A stretch of DNA of 64,000 bases from contig JAKIMF020000011.1 of assembly GCA_022605425.2 (NCBI GenBank), positions 930,001 to 994,000 on the forward strand, in the 5' to 3' direction. A program made the position numbers and the translations under genes. Shown here piece after piece: positions 1 through 11,607 of this stretch (its first letter is position 1; each line of letters opens with the position of its first letter). The stretch is from Hamiltosporidium tvaerminnensis FI-OER-3-3. Its lineage: Eukaryota; Fungi; Microsporidia. Under the pieces are notes generated by a model that worked only from the letters and a program-made list of their open reading frames with translations, searched no databases and was not told the origin of the DNA.

Positions 1-528
1 CAAACCATAAAAAGTATTTAAATTTCATAAATAGTTTTTTTATAAAAACGATTGTTTTTAATTTCCCACTATTATATTCTTTCATATAAACTATAACATT
101 CTGTAAAAAGATCTATTCATTTAAAACTTAAGTAGATTTATATTCATATGTGAACAATTAAAGAACTTATTACCGAATATCATATCTATCAATATCTTAT
201 AAGTCTATGTAGATTACCTCATCTAGTAATTTAGTAACAAAATAAATGATTAATACGTTTTTTTACTAATCTTTAACAAAAAATATTTTTATTAAATATA
301 GTTTTTAGAAAAATATTTCTTTATAAATTTATACTAGAAGATATTAAAATATACTAATAATTACTAATAATTACTAAACTGTTTTTTATAATTAATATAA
401 TCATTAGATAAAATACGGTAAAATATAATAAAATTTAAGGAAAATAAAAAACATAAATTATGAACTATGAGTAGTACAAAGAAAAGGAAATTTGAATATG
501 AATAGATTAAGATAATACTTTTAATAAA

Positions 529-948
529 TTAAAGAGCAGGACCACAGGGAGATGAACGACCTTCATTAGCTTCGCCATGTTCTGCAACATCATAACCCTG
601 TGGATTTGCATATCTATCCAGTTCATCTTTAATTTCTCCTGATCTTACAACTCCTTCTCCTTGACTCTCTTTTTCGTTATCTTCGTCAAGTATTTTCTCA
701 GTTTCTTGTTCAGGATCTTCAAGATTTAAAGCTTTGACTGCTTCTGTAGATTCGACTGCTTCTTTAGGTTCGACTGCTTCTGTATCTTGAGTTGCTTCCA
801 ATAGTTGCCTTCCATCAGCTTCAATTGCTGGTACTTGTAATACCTGACTTTCAGATCCTGGTTTTTCCTCATCAACTGAACACATAACACTTGTAAAAAG
901 AGAGAGATAACAGAATATACATGTAATCATTTGAGTTTTGAAATGCAT
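529..948 (-). CDS. Secreted acidic low-complexity protein (139 aa), function unknown
   Basis: Hydrophobic N-terminus (MITCIFCYLSLFTSVMC) followed by an E/D-rich body. CCC lies immediately before the ATG on the minus strand (catacccATG). Confidence 0.75.
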   Translation of the reverse strand: MHFKTQMITCIFCYLSLFTSVMCSVDEEKPGSESQVLQVPAIEADGRQLLEATQDTEAVEPKEAVESTEAVKALNLEDPEQETEKILDEDNEKESQGEGVVRSGEIKDELDRYANPQGYDVAEHGEANEGRSSPCGPAL

Positions 949-1524
949 GGGTATGAAATTTGCAACTTATTTATAGTTTTAAGAAATAAAAATAGTTAAT
1001 TAAATAAATTGAGAAAATGTCGAAAAATATAAATTCTGGTAATTTTGGATCATTAAATTAAAATTTTAATTAAATTCTTCTACATTTTTAGAAAAAAAAT
1101 ACTATAGAGCAATTTTAATAATTAAATTAAATATTTTTGTGATTTTTATGTTAAATTAAATAGTTCTTGGATTTTTTTTACAAAAATTGTTTTTTTTTTA
1201 ATTTAAGTTTCTCAAATTTTTACTAAAAAAATGTATTTCGGTATTATTAATTACAAAAATATTTATTTTTTTTAATAAAAATAATATTTCTTGATTTTTT
1301 TAAATTCGGTTCCTGTTAATTTACATGAATAAATATTAAGGAATTTTTTATTTTTACAATTTTTTTTTAGTTTCCTTTTGAAATTTACAAACAATAGAAA
1401 GAATAAATAATTCTTTAATATAAATCAAATTTATTGTTCAAAGACTTTCTTTTTGAAAGTTTTTTCTAAAAACATTTTATTTCGAAAAAGTATTTAAGTT
1501 TAAATGATTTGAGTAAATTAAATC

Positions 1525-2080
1525 ATAAGAAAATAAAAAGGTTTGTAAAAAAATAAAAAGGTTTTGAAGATAATAAAATAAAATCATAAGAAAATAAGAA
1601 GCTTTGAAATAATTAAAAATAAATTAAGAATTAAAGAATTAAAATAAAATCATAAGAAAATAAAAAGCTTTGAAATAATTAAGAATAAAGAATTAAAGAA
1701 TTAAAGAATTAAAGAATTAAAATTAAATTATAAGAAAATAAAAAGCTTTGAAATAATTAAGAATAAAGAATTAAAGAATTAAAATTAAATTATAAGAAAA
1801 TAAAAAGCTTTGAAGATAATAAAATTAGGAATTTGAAATAAAAATAAAATCATAAGAAAATAAAAAGCTTTGAAATAATTAAAAATAAATTAAGAATTAA
1901 AGAATTAAAATAAAATCATAAGAAAATAAAAAGCTTTGAAATAATTAAGAATAAAGAATTAAAGAATTAAAGAATTAAAATTAAATTATAAGAAAATAAA
2001 AAGCTTTGAAATAATTAAGAATAAAGAATTAAAGAATTAAAATTAAATTATAAGAAAATAAAAAGCTTTGAAGATAATAA
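1525..2080. repeat. AT-rich minisatellite (about 50-65 bp units containing AAGCTT, with an approximately 258-bp higher-order period); left part, interrupted by the LINE
   Basis: Repeated cataagaaaataaaaagctttgaaataattaagaataaagaattaaa. The variant gaagataataa recurs at about 1566, 1812 and 2070. Confidence 0.9.
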
Positions 2081-5000
2081 TTTATTTAATAAAATTCTGG
2101 GTTAAAATATTTTAACATTTTTATATGTTTTCTTCTACCTCTTTAACCACTATTGTTTCTTCTTCCAAATCCGACTCTTCATTTATGTTATTGGTCGGTT
2201 CCTCCAGAGTGGTTCCTCCTTGTGAAATAAGGGGTGTATTATTTTTTGGTTTTAAAATTTTAACACCATCTTCCTCTCTTTTCGCTTCTTTTAAAGGGGG
2301 TATTGGTTCCTCATGCATCTCTGATCTCATAATAACACCCATTGACGCTCTCTCCCAGCTCTCTTCGGCATTTAGTCCTGACTCAAGTCCTCTTCGTCGA
2401 TCAAAGGAAATTGTTTCGACTGTTTTCTTAAGTACTATATACTGAATGTATGCCTCTACATTCATGGGTATTTCTAGTCTTTTAAGATGAGATTTATGGT
2501 ATTTTGTCACAATACCGTCCCAGGTCATCACATAAGGGATTATCTCAACACTACACCTATAAATAAGACCCAACTCATTGGCTAGCAGGTCATACTTCCT
2601 AAGTTTTTCAGTTTCAACTATTTGAAGTGAATCTTGGGAAGTGATTCCTACTTCAATGAGTGTTATCTTATTCTTCTTCTTATCTAAAATAAATATGTCC
2701 GGTCTGTTATTCCGAATTTTAACATCAGTTTTAATTCTGGTGTCCACTCTTATCTCTGCATACTCATTATCAAGAATTTCTTGAACTGAGTGGCTCCTTA
2801 TTCGTTTTGAAGACTTAAACTTATATCTATTTAGAAGAAGAAGGTGTAGGCATCTGACCACTTCATTATGCCGTCTAGTGTAATCATGGCCTAGCATTTT
2901 TTCGCATCTAGTTGCTAGATGATCCACAGTCTTACCAGACTTCCCGCAATGTTGACACACACCATCTGCTCCCCAGAATACATTTCTATCCTGGATATAG
3001 CAGAACACAGCTTCATTTCGTGGCCTAATATTACCTTTCTTTAGCCATCTTGAAGAGTCACTAACACTCACAAGCTCATTTTTTCTTGCATTATATAACT
3101 TTGAATGGAGTTTTCGTTTTTCTATTTCGTTATATAGTTATGCAAGTTGAGCTTCTTCTAAACTTTTCTTAGTGATTTCTTCTACCAACCTGTACTTTAC
3201 TTTTAAGAAGCCTTTTATTAGTGCAAGATGGGTTTTATTATTATTCTCCACCTCGAGGATTGCTGCTCGTCTAGTTGATATTTCTTTACTTTTTTCCAGA
3301 CAATCCAAGAGTTGCAGAAGCATATGTTCGCTTCGCAACTCAACACTATGTAGGCCTCTTCCAAGTTCTGTTCTAGGAAGATACAAACGCTCTTTACATC
3401 CTGGGCAGAGATGTATCTTATTCTTCACCAACACCGCACGCACTGCATCATCTAACTTAGAGAAGTCAGCCGGTTCAAGTCGAAGTACTCCTATGTGGTA
3501 GTTGATTAACGATATCGCATGTTGATTGATTGCAGAAAATAAATTTTTTGCGTTTAATCTAGTGTGACAAAGTCTTTCAACTCTTGATATAAGTTTGCTC
3601 TGTACTTCTTCAAATGAGCTACGTGTTGGGATTCCTCTGCTATCTTCTATTATTCCTAAATATTTGTAAACACTAACACCTTCTAGAAGAGTAGCAGTAT
3701 CTTCACAACACGTATCATTTGTGGCTGACTTCTCTTTGTTAATCTCTAAGCCAATCACCTCTAAAAATTCCTTTGCCTCGCCTGTCATAGCACTCAATGT
3801 GGAGCTGTCTTTTGCAAGGAGCTTAAGATCATCAATAAACAAGAGATGATTAGTAGAATGGGATTCTGCATCTGTTTGTACTGTCACTTTTGTGTATTTT
3901 TCATTAAGCTTTCGGCTTAATGGATCCATACACAACACAAATAACAAAGGTGACAGACTATCTCCTTGTAGAATCCCTCTATCAATCTTCTTGCTCATGA
4001 TTTTTTCAGGCCCTACTGATATATCAATTTTCCATTTTGATATAATTACCTTAATAAATTTCAGGATCCAATCAGGTAAATTAAGGTTTTCAATGCATTG
4101 AGTTAAATAAGCATGATCTATTGAATCATAAGCTTTTTTAACATCAATCCATGTTGCCTTAAGATTATTTCCATACTCTTTATTTAAGGCAATATTCAGT
4201 AGAGCCTGCTCTTTCGCTCCCTGCACACCTCTTACCGCCCCTAGTTGGTTCTCTGCAAGCAACCCTCGCCTTTCCACTTCAAGTTGAACGACTTTCGTTA
4301 CACACTTTGTCGTTAACTTATAGAGGTTGGACATACAAGTGATTGGCCTGTAGTCAGAGCCTCTTCGTGGAATTCCTTTCGGTATCAAATACGTAAGCCC
4401 GCAGTAAAACCAATCAGCTTGAGGTGTTCCTTCTAAACATATAACTTTCACAATATCATAAAGATATTTGTGAAGAGTTGTAAGTTTCTTAATGAAAAAA
4501 TTGTAAATACCATCAATTCCAGCAGCTTTCCAATTAGGGAGCCAATTAATGATATTCACAAATTCATCAAGTGAAGGAAACGTGGTCGGATGATTATCTG
4601 ATACAAATGGAATCAAATAATCATCGTACGTGACTGTGTCATCATTTTTGTTCCACATTGTAGACCAAAAACTCACAATTTCATCACGGCTAACCACATG
4701 CTCGGATTCCACACGCTCGGATAACCCACGATAAAATCGACCTCGGAAAAGCTCAAACATACGATTCTCTTTTCGGAATTGCTTCCTACTTTCATGCATC
4801 GTAATTTTTTTCTCGTAAACATTCAAAGACTCATTCTTCTTAACTAAAGCCTCAGAAAGATCAGTTACGCTGCTCAAGTTTAAATTAAACTCTCGCATGA
4901 TTTTCTTAAGGCTCTTCGTTTCCGAAGTGGAGAGCTTTTCCTGCTTACGAGCTTTCTCGAGGAGATCTTTGGAAAGTACTAACTTAGAAATTTTACTTTC

Positions 5001-5896
5001 TATGTGTTCCTTCCAAGCGGATCTAGGCTTCTCTTTACGTGTTGCCTCGTCATAGCATACCTGCGCAGCTTGCATGATATACGCGGCTTCCGTAATTGAC
5101 TCAGGTACATGAGCTCCTGCATATTCACCGACTACTCGATTTATGAGATCCAGAACTTTACTATCAACCAATTCATTTGGATGTTTTCTAGTTCGGACCA
5201 CCACTTTTCCAATTTCGTTCTCAGAGATTTCTTTGATTTTACTCAAGAATTTATCTCTCAGGTTTATGTACTCCGTGGTGTCGGTCAAGGTGCATGTATC
5301 AGCGAGACAAGTGGCGATTCTACGTCGCTCTCCATTCTCTTCTGATTTTACATCCTTTCCCATCTCACTTTGTGCCAATTTTTTTAACACTTCGAGAGTT
5401 TCAGTGCAGCCGAATTTCTCATTATAGTACCTGTGAAGCTCTGTCCAGCCATTTCTTGGCATTCTTTCAAACCTTGTCTGTACTGCAAAAAAAACAATTC
5501 GAGGCCATTCCTTCGGGTCGGCTGTTACGGAATCGAATATCGTCCGCAATGCCATTAGCCTGTTACCTTCCGGAATAGCTAGAGTACAGGGGCTTGTCAT
5601 GTCGTACGATGGCTCGCACGCAGAGACTTCAACCGAAGAGGGAACTGGTGCATTAGGCGAAGGTAAGGTGTCAAGCCCACTATTTTGCATTTTACTGCAT
5701 GTTTGGCTTGGTGGTGGAGGTGTTATTGTTGTGTAGGGGGAGGAAGGTAGGGGAATCGCCGGTGGGTGTAGCTTACATTTTTGTATCTCACTATCACTCT
5801 TTTTCACCTCATCAGCGTCGTTTGCAGCCTTTATTTTGGTATTATTCGATATTTCGCTGCTAACATTTTTCTTTCTACCCATTAATTTTAAAAAAA
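2081..5896 (-). mobile_element. Apparently full-length non-LTR retrotransposon (RT + CCHC + restriction-like endonuclease; R4/Dong-like), copy 1
   Basis: Exact 13-bp TSD TTGAAGATAATAA at 2068-2080 and 5897-5909; the uninterrupted repeat unit is visible at about 1809-1840. The 3' end is ...cagaattttattaaataaa. It carries a single long ORF. Confidence 0.95.
2121..5882 (-). pseudogene. LINE ORF (about 1253 codons) broken by one nonsense mutation
   Basis: RT motifs YRPITC, DVKKAYDS, GILQGDSLSP, FIDD, YKYLG; zinc knuckle CQHC-x8-H-x4-C; RLE motifs RHN, PD, IEVG, KLRKY. GCA-TAA at 3138-3140 corresponds to GCA-AAA in copy 2, and the frame continues into ORF 2121-3071. Confidence 0.93.
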
Positions 5897-6145
5897 TTGA
5901 AGATAATAAAATTAGGAATTTGAAATAAAAATAAAATCATAAGAAAATAAAAAGCTTTGAAATAATTAAAAATAAATTAAGAATTAAAGAATTAAAATAA
6001 AATCATAAGAAAATAAAAAGCTTTGAAATAATTAAGAATAAAGAATTAAAGAATTAAAGAATTAAAATTAAATTATAAGAAAATAAAAAGCTTTGAAATA
6101 ATTAAGAATAAAGAATTAAAATAAAATCGTAAGAAAATAAATTAA
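5897..6145. repeat. Right part of the minisatellite interrupted by LINE copy 1
   Basis: Same units as 1525-2080, resuming in register after the TSD. Confidence 0.9.
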
Positions 6146-6336
6146 GATTTTAGAATTTAAAATTAAAAGGTTTGAAATGAACAATTTAATTAATAATTTA
6201 AAATTTAAACTAAAAAGGCATAATTAAAAAGAAATACGATAATTAATTTAAAAGAATTTAAAACATAATTTATACGAACAGTATTTAAAGTTTGTTAAAG
6301 TTATATTTTTTTATTTCAAACCAATCACTTTATATT

Positions 6337-6700
6337 GTTGAAGCGAAAAAACTAGAGAAGTCGACTTGCTTGCTAATAAATTGTGAAAAATTATACTTTT
6401 AGTGATTATATTTTATGATGACCTGGAACGGTATTGTGACAAAATAATATGAGATTTTTCTTAAGAATCTAAAAATACTAGGAAGAGTAGAAGCATATAT
6501 TTAGTTGATAGTATTTAATAATAAATAAAACAATATTTCGGATGGAAGAATTTGGTTTCGCATTGAACGAAATTCAAATTAAAGCTGTGAAATAGTAGTC
6601 TAGATGTCATATAGGGATATGAGAGTCATAAACAACCAATACTATCACTACATATACACGCCAATAAAAATAATGGTCACTCTAAGAAATACTAAAATTT
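6337..6700 (+). mobile_element. Decayed LINE 3' relic (RLE region)
   Basis: gttgaagcgaaaaaactagagaagtcgacttgcttgctaat resembles VETEKLRKYDLLAN; gtgatgacctgggacggtattgtgacaaaata-like sequence at about 6415-6447. End point approximate. Confidence 0.7.
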
Positions 6701-7191
6701 TATTTCAAATTGTGGATAAAATGACCGAAATCAAAGCATTTACTAAAAATTAGAAAACAATCAAATTAAAAGCCGAGACAAATAAAACGGAAGAATTGGA
6801 AAAGAAAATAAAAAGGAAAAATAAAAAAAACAATTTTATGATTTAGAATACAATATATTATAATTCATTTAAGATTGTTAGAACATACAGGTTTATAAAT
6901 AATAAATTTATAAAAATTTTAATTCAATTACAAGAGAATTATTATCTGATTATCTATTAGTATTATATGGGTAAGGAATAGGTAATATTACAGTACAGTT
7001 AGTTATTCTATGACGAGGCAACTATAAAAATATTTTAATTATTTTAAAATAAAAATTTCTAATCTTTTTATTTTTATGAAATGAATAAAAAGATTAGCTT
7101 TTTTAATAATAAAATATAAAAAAGTATTAAAATAGAAGATTTATAAATCTAAAAAAATATAGAAAATTAAGAAAGGACTTACAAAATTTAT

Positions 7192-7794
7192 TTATTTGCT
7201 AATAATTTCCATGACACTTAATATTTCCTTAAAAGAACATTCTTTACCATTTTTTTCAAAAAATAAGATATCTTTATCTTCATTAGTAACACAAAAAATA
7301 CGATAATCGCGATTTACATATTCTTCTTGTACTGGATCTAATAACAGATGCTGATTTACTGAAATAAAAAAATACGGAAATATTTTTACAATTTTAAAAT
7401 TTAAATTATTTAAAAAATATGATAATGAATGTATTAAATGTGAAGGATTAATAAAATTTGCGGTTGAAGTGGTTGAAAGAGAAATGTTTAGAAATGTTGA
7501 GAGTACACCTGGCTCTACACATAGACTTTCTATATTCAAAATGTGCATTTTGATAAATAAAAGAGAAATGTATCTGTTTATTGTTTTAAAGGGACTGTAA
7601 AATGTTAGATTTCCTTCACATGGCCTGTCTACATACGGAGAAGTAAAATATGAATTTAAAAATAGAAAATACGATATTTCGGGAGTAACACATAACAATG
7701 TATTGTCTGTTAATGTATAATCTACTGGTTGTGATTCCGCAAACTTTCTTTTATCTAATCTTGCATTTTCTTCAAGAAGTTCTAATATAACCAT
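7192..7794 (-). CDS. RRP45: Exosome core RNase PH-like subunit, RRP45/EXOSC9-like (200 aa)
   Basis: RLDKRKF.E, PYVDRPCEG, ESLCVEPG and LLDP..EE match the Rrp45/Rrp42-type RNase PH pattern. The likely start is the ATG at 7794 (after a CCCC motif), not the TTG at 7812. Confidence 0.7.
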   Translation of the reverse strand: MVILELLEENARLDKRKFAESQPVDYTLTDNTLLCVTPEISYFLFLNSYFTSPYVDRPCEGNLTFYSPFKTINRYISLLFIKMHILNIESLCVEPGVLSTFLNISLSTTSTANFINPSHLIHSLSYFLNNLNFKIVKIFPYFFISVNQHLLLDPVQEEYVNRDYRIFCVTNEDKDILFFEKNGKECSFKEILSVMEIISK

Positions 7795-8143
7795 AAAAAA
7801 CGGGGCGTTCAAAAACCAAAAATTTGTTTAAATTTAAAATTTAAAAGAATAAAAATTGAGTAAAAAGTCTGCAAGTTTTATGTATCAAAAGGTACTTTAA
7901 AAATTAAAATTTTAAATAAAACAATAAATTATTTGCTGTATATTTATTTCCTCATGGAAGTACTTATCAATAAAAACAGCAGATAAATATTTCTATTTAT
8001 TTAATTAATATAGGTTTTGCTATATATTTCATTTAACCTGTATATTCCAATAATTATAACATTATTAAAGAAATCAAATCAAAACTAACCGTCAAGTTTT
8101 TTTGATTCCTTTAAAAAGAAATTTGTGTCGATAGTATAACTTT

Positions 8144-8868
8144 CTTTATTTGAAAATGTCAATTTTTCTATAAAAAGTGGCAAGTTTTAGATTTTTTTCA
8201 TGAAATTAACCCAGTTATAAATTCAACAAAAATAACTGCTATTGTCAACATTCCATCAGTACCTCCTATGATACTTACATCGCAAAGCCTTTCATCTATC
8301 AGGTATGTAGAACCTAATTACTAGGCGATGCAGTTGCCCGGTGTTCGTTAATGTCCGTTGCATGAAGTGTTTCGGTAATTAAAACCTCATTTTGAGCCCA
8401 ACTTAAGACTATGCTGCAATTCCACTTATTTACACTTTTTGTACCCAATAAACTTATAGCTAGGTATATTCCAGAGACATACTTAGGGTTCACTTAGACA
8501 GTGTAATGACATACCAACAGATATAACCTACTACTTTGGCTTCTCGGATTTTATGATTTCTATTTTATAGATTTTCCAGGCGCTAATGCTTCTAACCCGA
8601 TAGAACAAGGCTGGATTTACATTCTTATACGTAGCAAGTACCTACATTTCAGCTGCTGTCTGCCTTCTAGTTACATAAAAAAATACAAATAAATTTATAG
8701 AAAAAGTCTCGCCATTTTTTAGACCTCACCTCCTCATAACAACTCCCGTATGACAACTGAAGATGTAGTGGTTTTATTTCCACAAAAAATCCAAACATTG
8801 GTTCACACCAGTTTCGCGCACTCTTCGCCAAGCAGAAAGTTTTTTATGTGAGCACCCTCGCTTTACAT
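8144..8868 (-). mobile_element. About 730-bp non-coding SINE-like element, copy A (diverged)
   Basis: Colinear over its full length with 26131-26860. Flanks atagtataacttt (8131-8143) and ttaatataacatt (8869-8881) match at 10/13, consistent with a decayed TSD. Confidence 0.85.
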
Positions 8869-9153
8869 TTAATATAACATTAAAGATTAAATAATTTTAT
8901 GCTTAATAATTTCTAAAAAAAATAATTTTAAATTTAAACTTAATGTATCTTCTTGATTAAATATAAATTAGCTACGAGTAATTCACGTCTTTTATTCTTA
9001 AACGGGAAAATAAATAATTACTTAAAATAAACTCAAATAATAGATTTTATATCACACCAATAAAATTATTTTACTCATATTTCCTAGTTATCTTTATTAA
9101 ATTTATATTTTAAGTAAATTATTTAGATAGAATGAAGATATAATTTTTACTAT

Positions 9154-11568
9154 AATTGGAAAGCTGCTGGAATTGATGGTATTTACAATTTTTTCATTAA
9201 GAAACTTACAACTCTTCACAAATATCTTTATGATATTGTGAAAGTTATATGTTTAGAAGGAACACCTCAAGCTGATTGGTTTTACTGCGGGCTTACGTAT
9301 TTGATACCGAAAGGAATTCCACGAAGAGGCTCTGACTACAGGCCAATCACTTGTATGTCCAACCTCTATAAGTTAACGACAAAGTGTGTAACGAAAGTCG
9401 TTCAACTTGAAGTGGAAAGGCGAGGGTTGCTTGCAGAGAACCAACTAGGGGCGGTAAGAGGTGTGCAGGGAGCGAAAGAGCAGGCTCTACTGAATATTGC
9501 CTTAAATAAAGAGTATGGAAATAATCTTAAGGCAACATGGATTGATGTTAAAAAAGCTTATGATTCAATAGATCATGCTTATTTAACTCAATGCATTGAA
9601 AACCTTAATTTACCTGATTGGATCCTGAAATTTATTAAGGTAATTATATCAAAATGGAAAATTGATATATCAGTAGGGCCTGAAAAAATCATGAGCAAGA
9701 AGATTGATAGAGGGATTCTACAAGGAGATAGTCTGTCACCTTTGTTATTTGTGTTGTGTATGGATCCATTAAGCCGAAAGCTTAATGAAAAATACACAAA
9801 AGTGACAGTACAAACAGATGCAGAATCCCATTCTACTAATCATCTCTTGTTTATTGATGATCTTAAGCTCCTTGCTAAAAACAGCTCCACATTGAGTGCT
9901 ATGACAGGCGAGGCAAAGGAATTTTTAGAGGTGATTGGCTTAGAGATTAACAAAGAGAAGTCAGCCACAAATGATACGTGTTGTGAAGATACTGCTACTC
10001 TTCTAGAAGGTGTTAGTGTTTACAAATATTTAGGAATAATAGAAGATAGCAGAGGAATCCCAACACGTAGCTCATTTGAAGAAGTACAGAGCAAACTTAT
10101 ATCAAGAGTTGAAAGACTTTGTCACACTAGATTAAATGCAAAAAATTTATTTTCTGCAATCAATCAACATGCGATATCGTTAATCAACTACCACATAGGA
10201 GTACTTCGACTTGAACCGGCTGACTTCTCTAAGTTAGATGATGCAGTGCGTGCGGTGTTGGTTAAAAATAAGATACATCTCCGCCCAGGATGTAAAGAGC
10301 GGTTGTATCTCCCTAGAACAGAACTTGGAAGAGGCCTACATAGTGTTGAGTTGCGAAGCGAACATATGCTTCTGCAACTCTTGGATTGTCTGGAAAAAAG
10401 TAAAGAAATATCAACTAGACGAGCAGCAATCCTCAAGGTGGAGAATAATAATAAAACCCATCTTGCACTAATAAAAGGCTTCTTAAAAGTAAAGTACAGG
10501 TTGGTAGAAGAAGTCACTAAGAAAAGTTTAGAAGAAGCTCAACTTGCAAAACTATATAACGAAATAGAAAAACGAAAACTCCATTCAAAGTTATATAATG
10601 CAAGAAAAAATGAGCTTGTGAGTGTTAGTGACTCTTCAAGATGGCTAAAGAGAGGAAATATTAGGCCACGAAATGAAGCTGTGTTCTGCTATATCCAGGA
10701 TAGAAATGTATTCTGGGGAGCAGATGGTGTGTGTCAACATTGCGGGAAGTCTGGTAAGACTGTGGATCATCTAGCAACTAGATGTGAAAAAATGCTAGGT
10801 CATGATTACACTAGACGGCATAATGAAGTGGTTAGATGCCTACACCTTCTCCTTCTAAATAGATATAAGTTTAAGTCTTCAAAACGAATAAGGAGCCACT
10901 CAGTTCAAGAAATTCTTGATAATGAGTACGCAGAGATAAGAGTGGACACCAGAATAAAAACTGATGTTAAAATTCGGAATAACAGACCGGACATATTTAT
11001 TTTAGATAAGAAGAAGAATAAGATAATACTCATTGAAGTAGGAATCACTTCCCAAGATTCACTTCAAATAGTTGAAACTGAAAAACTTAGGAAGTATGAC
11101 CTGTTAGCCAATGAGTTGGGTCTTATTTATAAGTGTAGTGTTGAGATAATCCCCTATGTGATGACCTGGGACGGTATTGTGACAAAATACCATAAATCTC
11201 ATCTCAAAAGACTAGAAATACCCATGAATGTAGAGGCATACATTCAGTCTATAGTACTTAAGAAGACAGTCGAAACAATTTCCTTTGATCGACGAAGAGA
11301 ACTTGAGTCGGGACTAAATGCCGAAGAGAGCTGGGAGAGAGCGTCAATGGGTGTTATTATGAGATCAGAGATGCATGAGGAACCAATACCCCCTTTAAAA
11401 GAAGCGAAAACAGAGGAAGATGGTGCCAAAAATTTTAAACCAAAATATAAAGCCCCCTTTATTTTACAAGGAGGAACCACTTTAGAGGAACCGACCAATA
11501 ACATAAATGAAGAGTCGGATTTGGAAGAAGAGACAAAAGTGGTCAAAGAGGTAGAAGAAAACATGTAA
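9154..11568 (+). CDS. Uninterrupted but N-terminally truncated RT-CCHC-RLE reading frame of LINE copy 2
   Basis: Open from the truncation point (NWKAAGIDG) through the RT and RLE to the acidic tail. It has no native start; the track start at 9238 is a GTG. Confidence 0.85.
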   Translation, partial: NWKAAGIDGIYNFFIKKLTTLHKYLYDIVKVICLEGTPQADWFYCGLTYLIPKGIPRRGSDYRPITCMSNLYKLTTKCVTKVVQLEVERRGLLAENQLGAVRGVQGAKEQALLNIALNKEYGNNLKATWIDVKKAYDSIDHAYLTQCIENLNLPDWILKFIKVIISKWKIDISVGPEKIMSKKIDRGILQGDSLSPLLFVLCMDPLSRKLNEKYTKVTVQTDAESHSTNHLLFIDDLKLLAKNSSTLSAMTGEAKEFLEVIGLEINKEKSATNDTCCEDTATLLEGVSVYKYLGIIEDSRGIPTRSSFEEVQSKLISRVERLCHTRLNAKNLFSAINQHAISLINYHIGVLRLEPADFSKLDDAVRAVLVKNKIHLRPGCKERLYLPRTELGRGLHSVELRSEHMLLQLLDCLEKSKEISTRRAAILKVENNNKTHLALIKGFLKVKYRLVEEVTKKSLEEAQLAKLYNEIEKRKLHSKLYNARKNELVSVSDSSRWLKRGNIRPRNEAVFCYIQDRNVFWGADGVCQHCGKSGKTVDHLATRCEKMLGHDYTRRHNEVVRCLHLLLLNRYKFKSSKRIRSHSVQEILDNEYAEIRVDTRIKTDVKIRNNRPDIFILDKKKNKIILIEVGITSQDSLQIVETEKLRKYDLLANELGLIYKCSVEIIPYVMTWDGIVTKYHKSHLKRLEIPMNVEAYIQSIVLKKTVETISFDRRRELESGLNAEESWERASMGVIMRSEMHEEPIPPLKEAKTEEDGAKNFKPKYKAPFILQGGTTLEEPTNNINEESDLEEETKVVKEVEENM

Positions 11569-11607
11569 AAAATGGTAAAAAATATTTTAACCCAGAATTT
11601 TATTAAA
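9154..11607 (+). mobile_element. 5'-truncated LINE copy 2
   Basis: Near-identical to copy 1 from the NWKAAG motif onward. TSD (A)TAATTTTTACTAT at 9140/9141-9153 and 11607/11608-11620. Confidence 0.95.

Noticed and set aside
3138-3140. Programmed stop-codon readthrough or an alternative genetic code
   Set aside because: Copy 2 has AAA at this codon, and TAA/TAG terminate the intact genes normally.
1525-6145. CRISPR-like array
   Set aside because: Contiguous degenerate tandem units without unique spacers, in a eukaryotic context with no cas genes.
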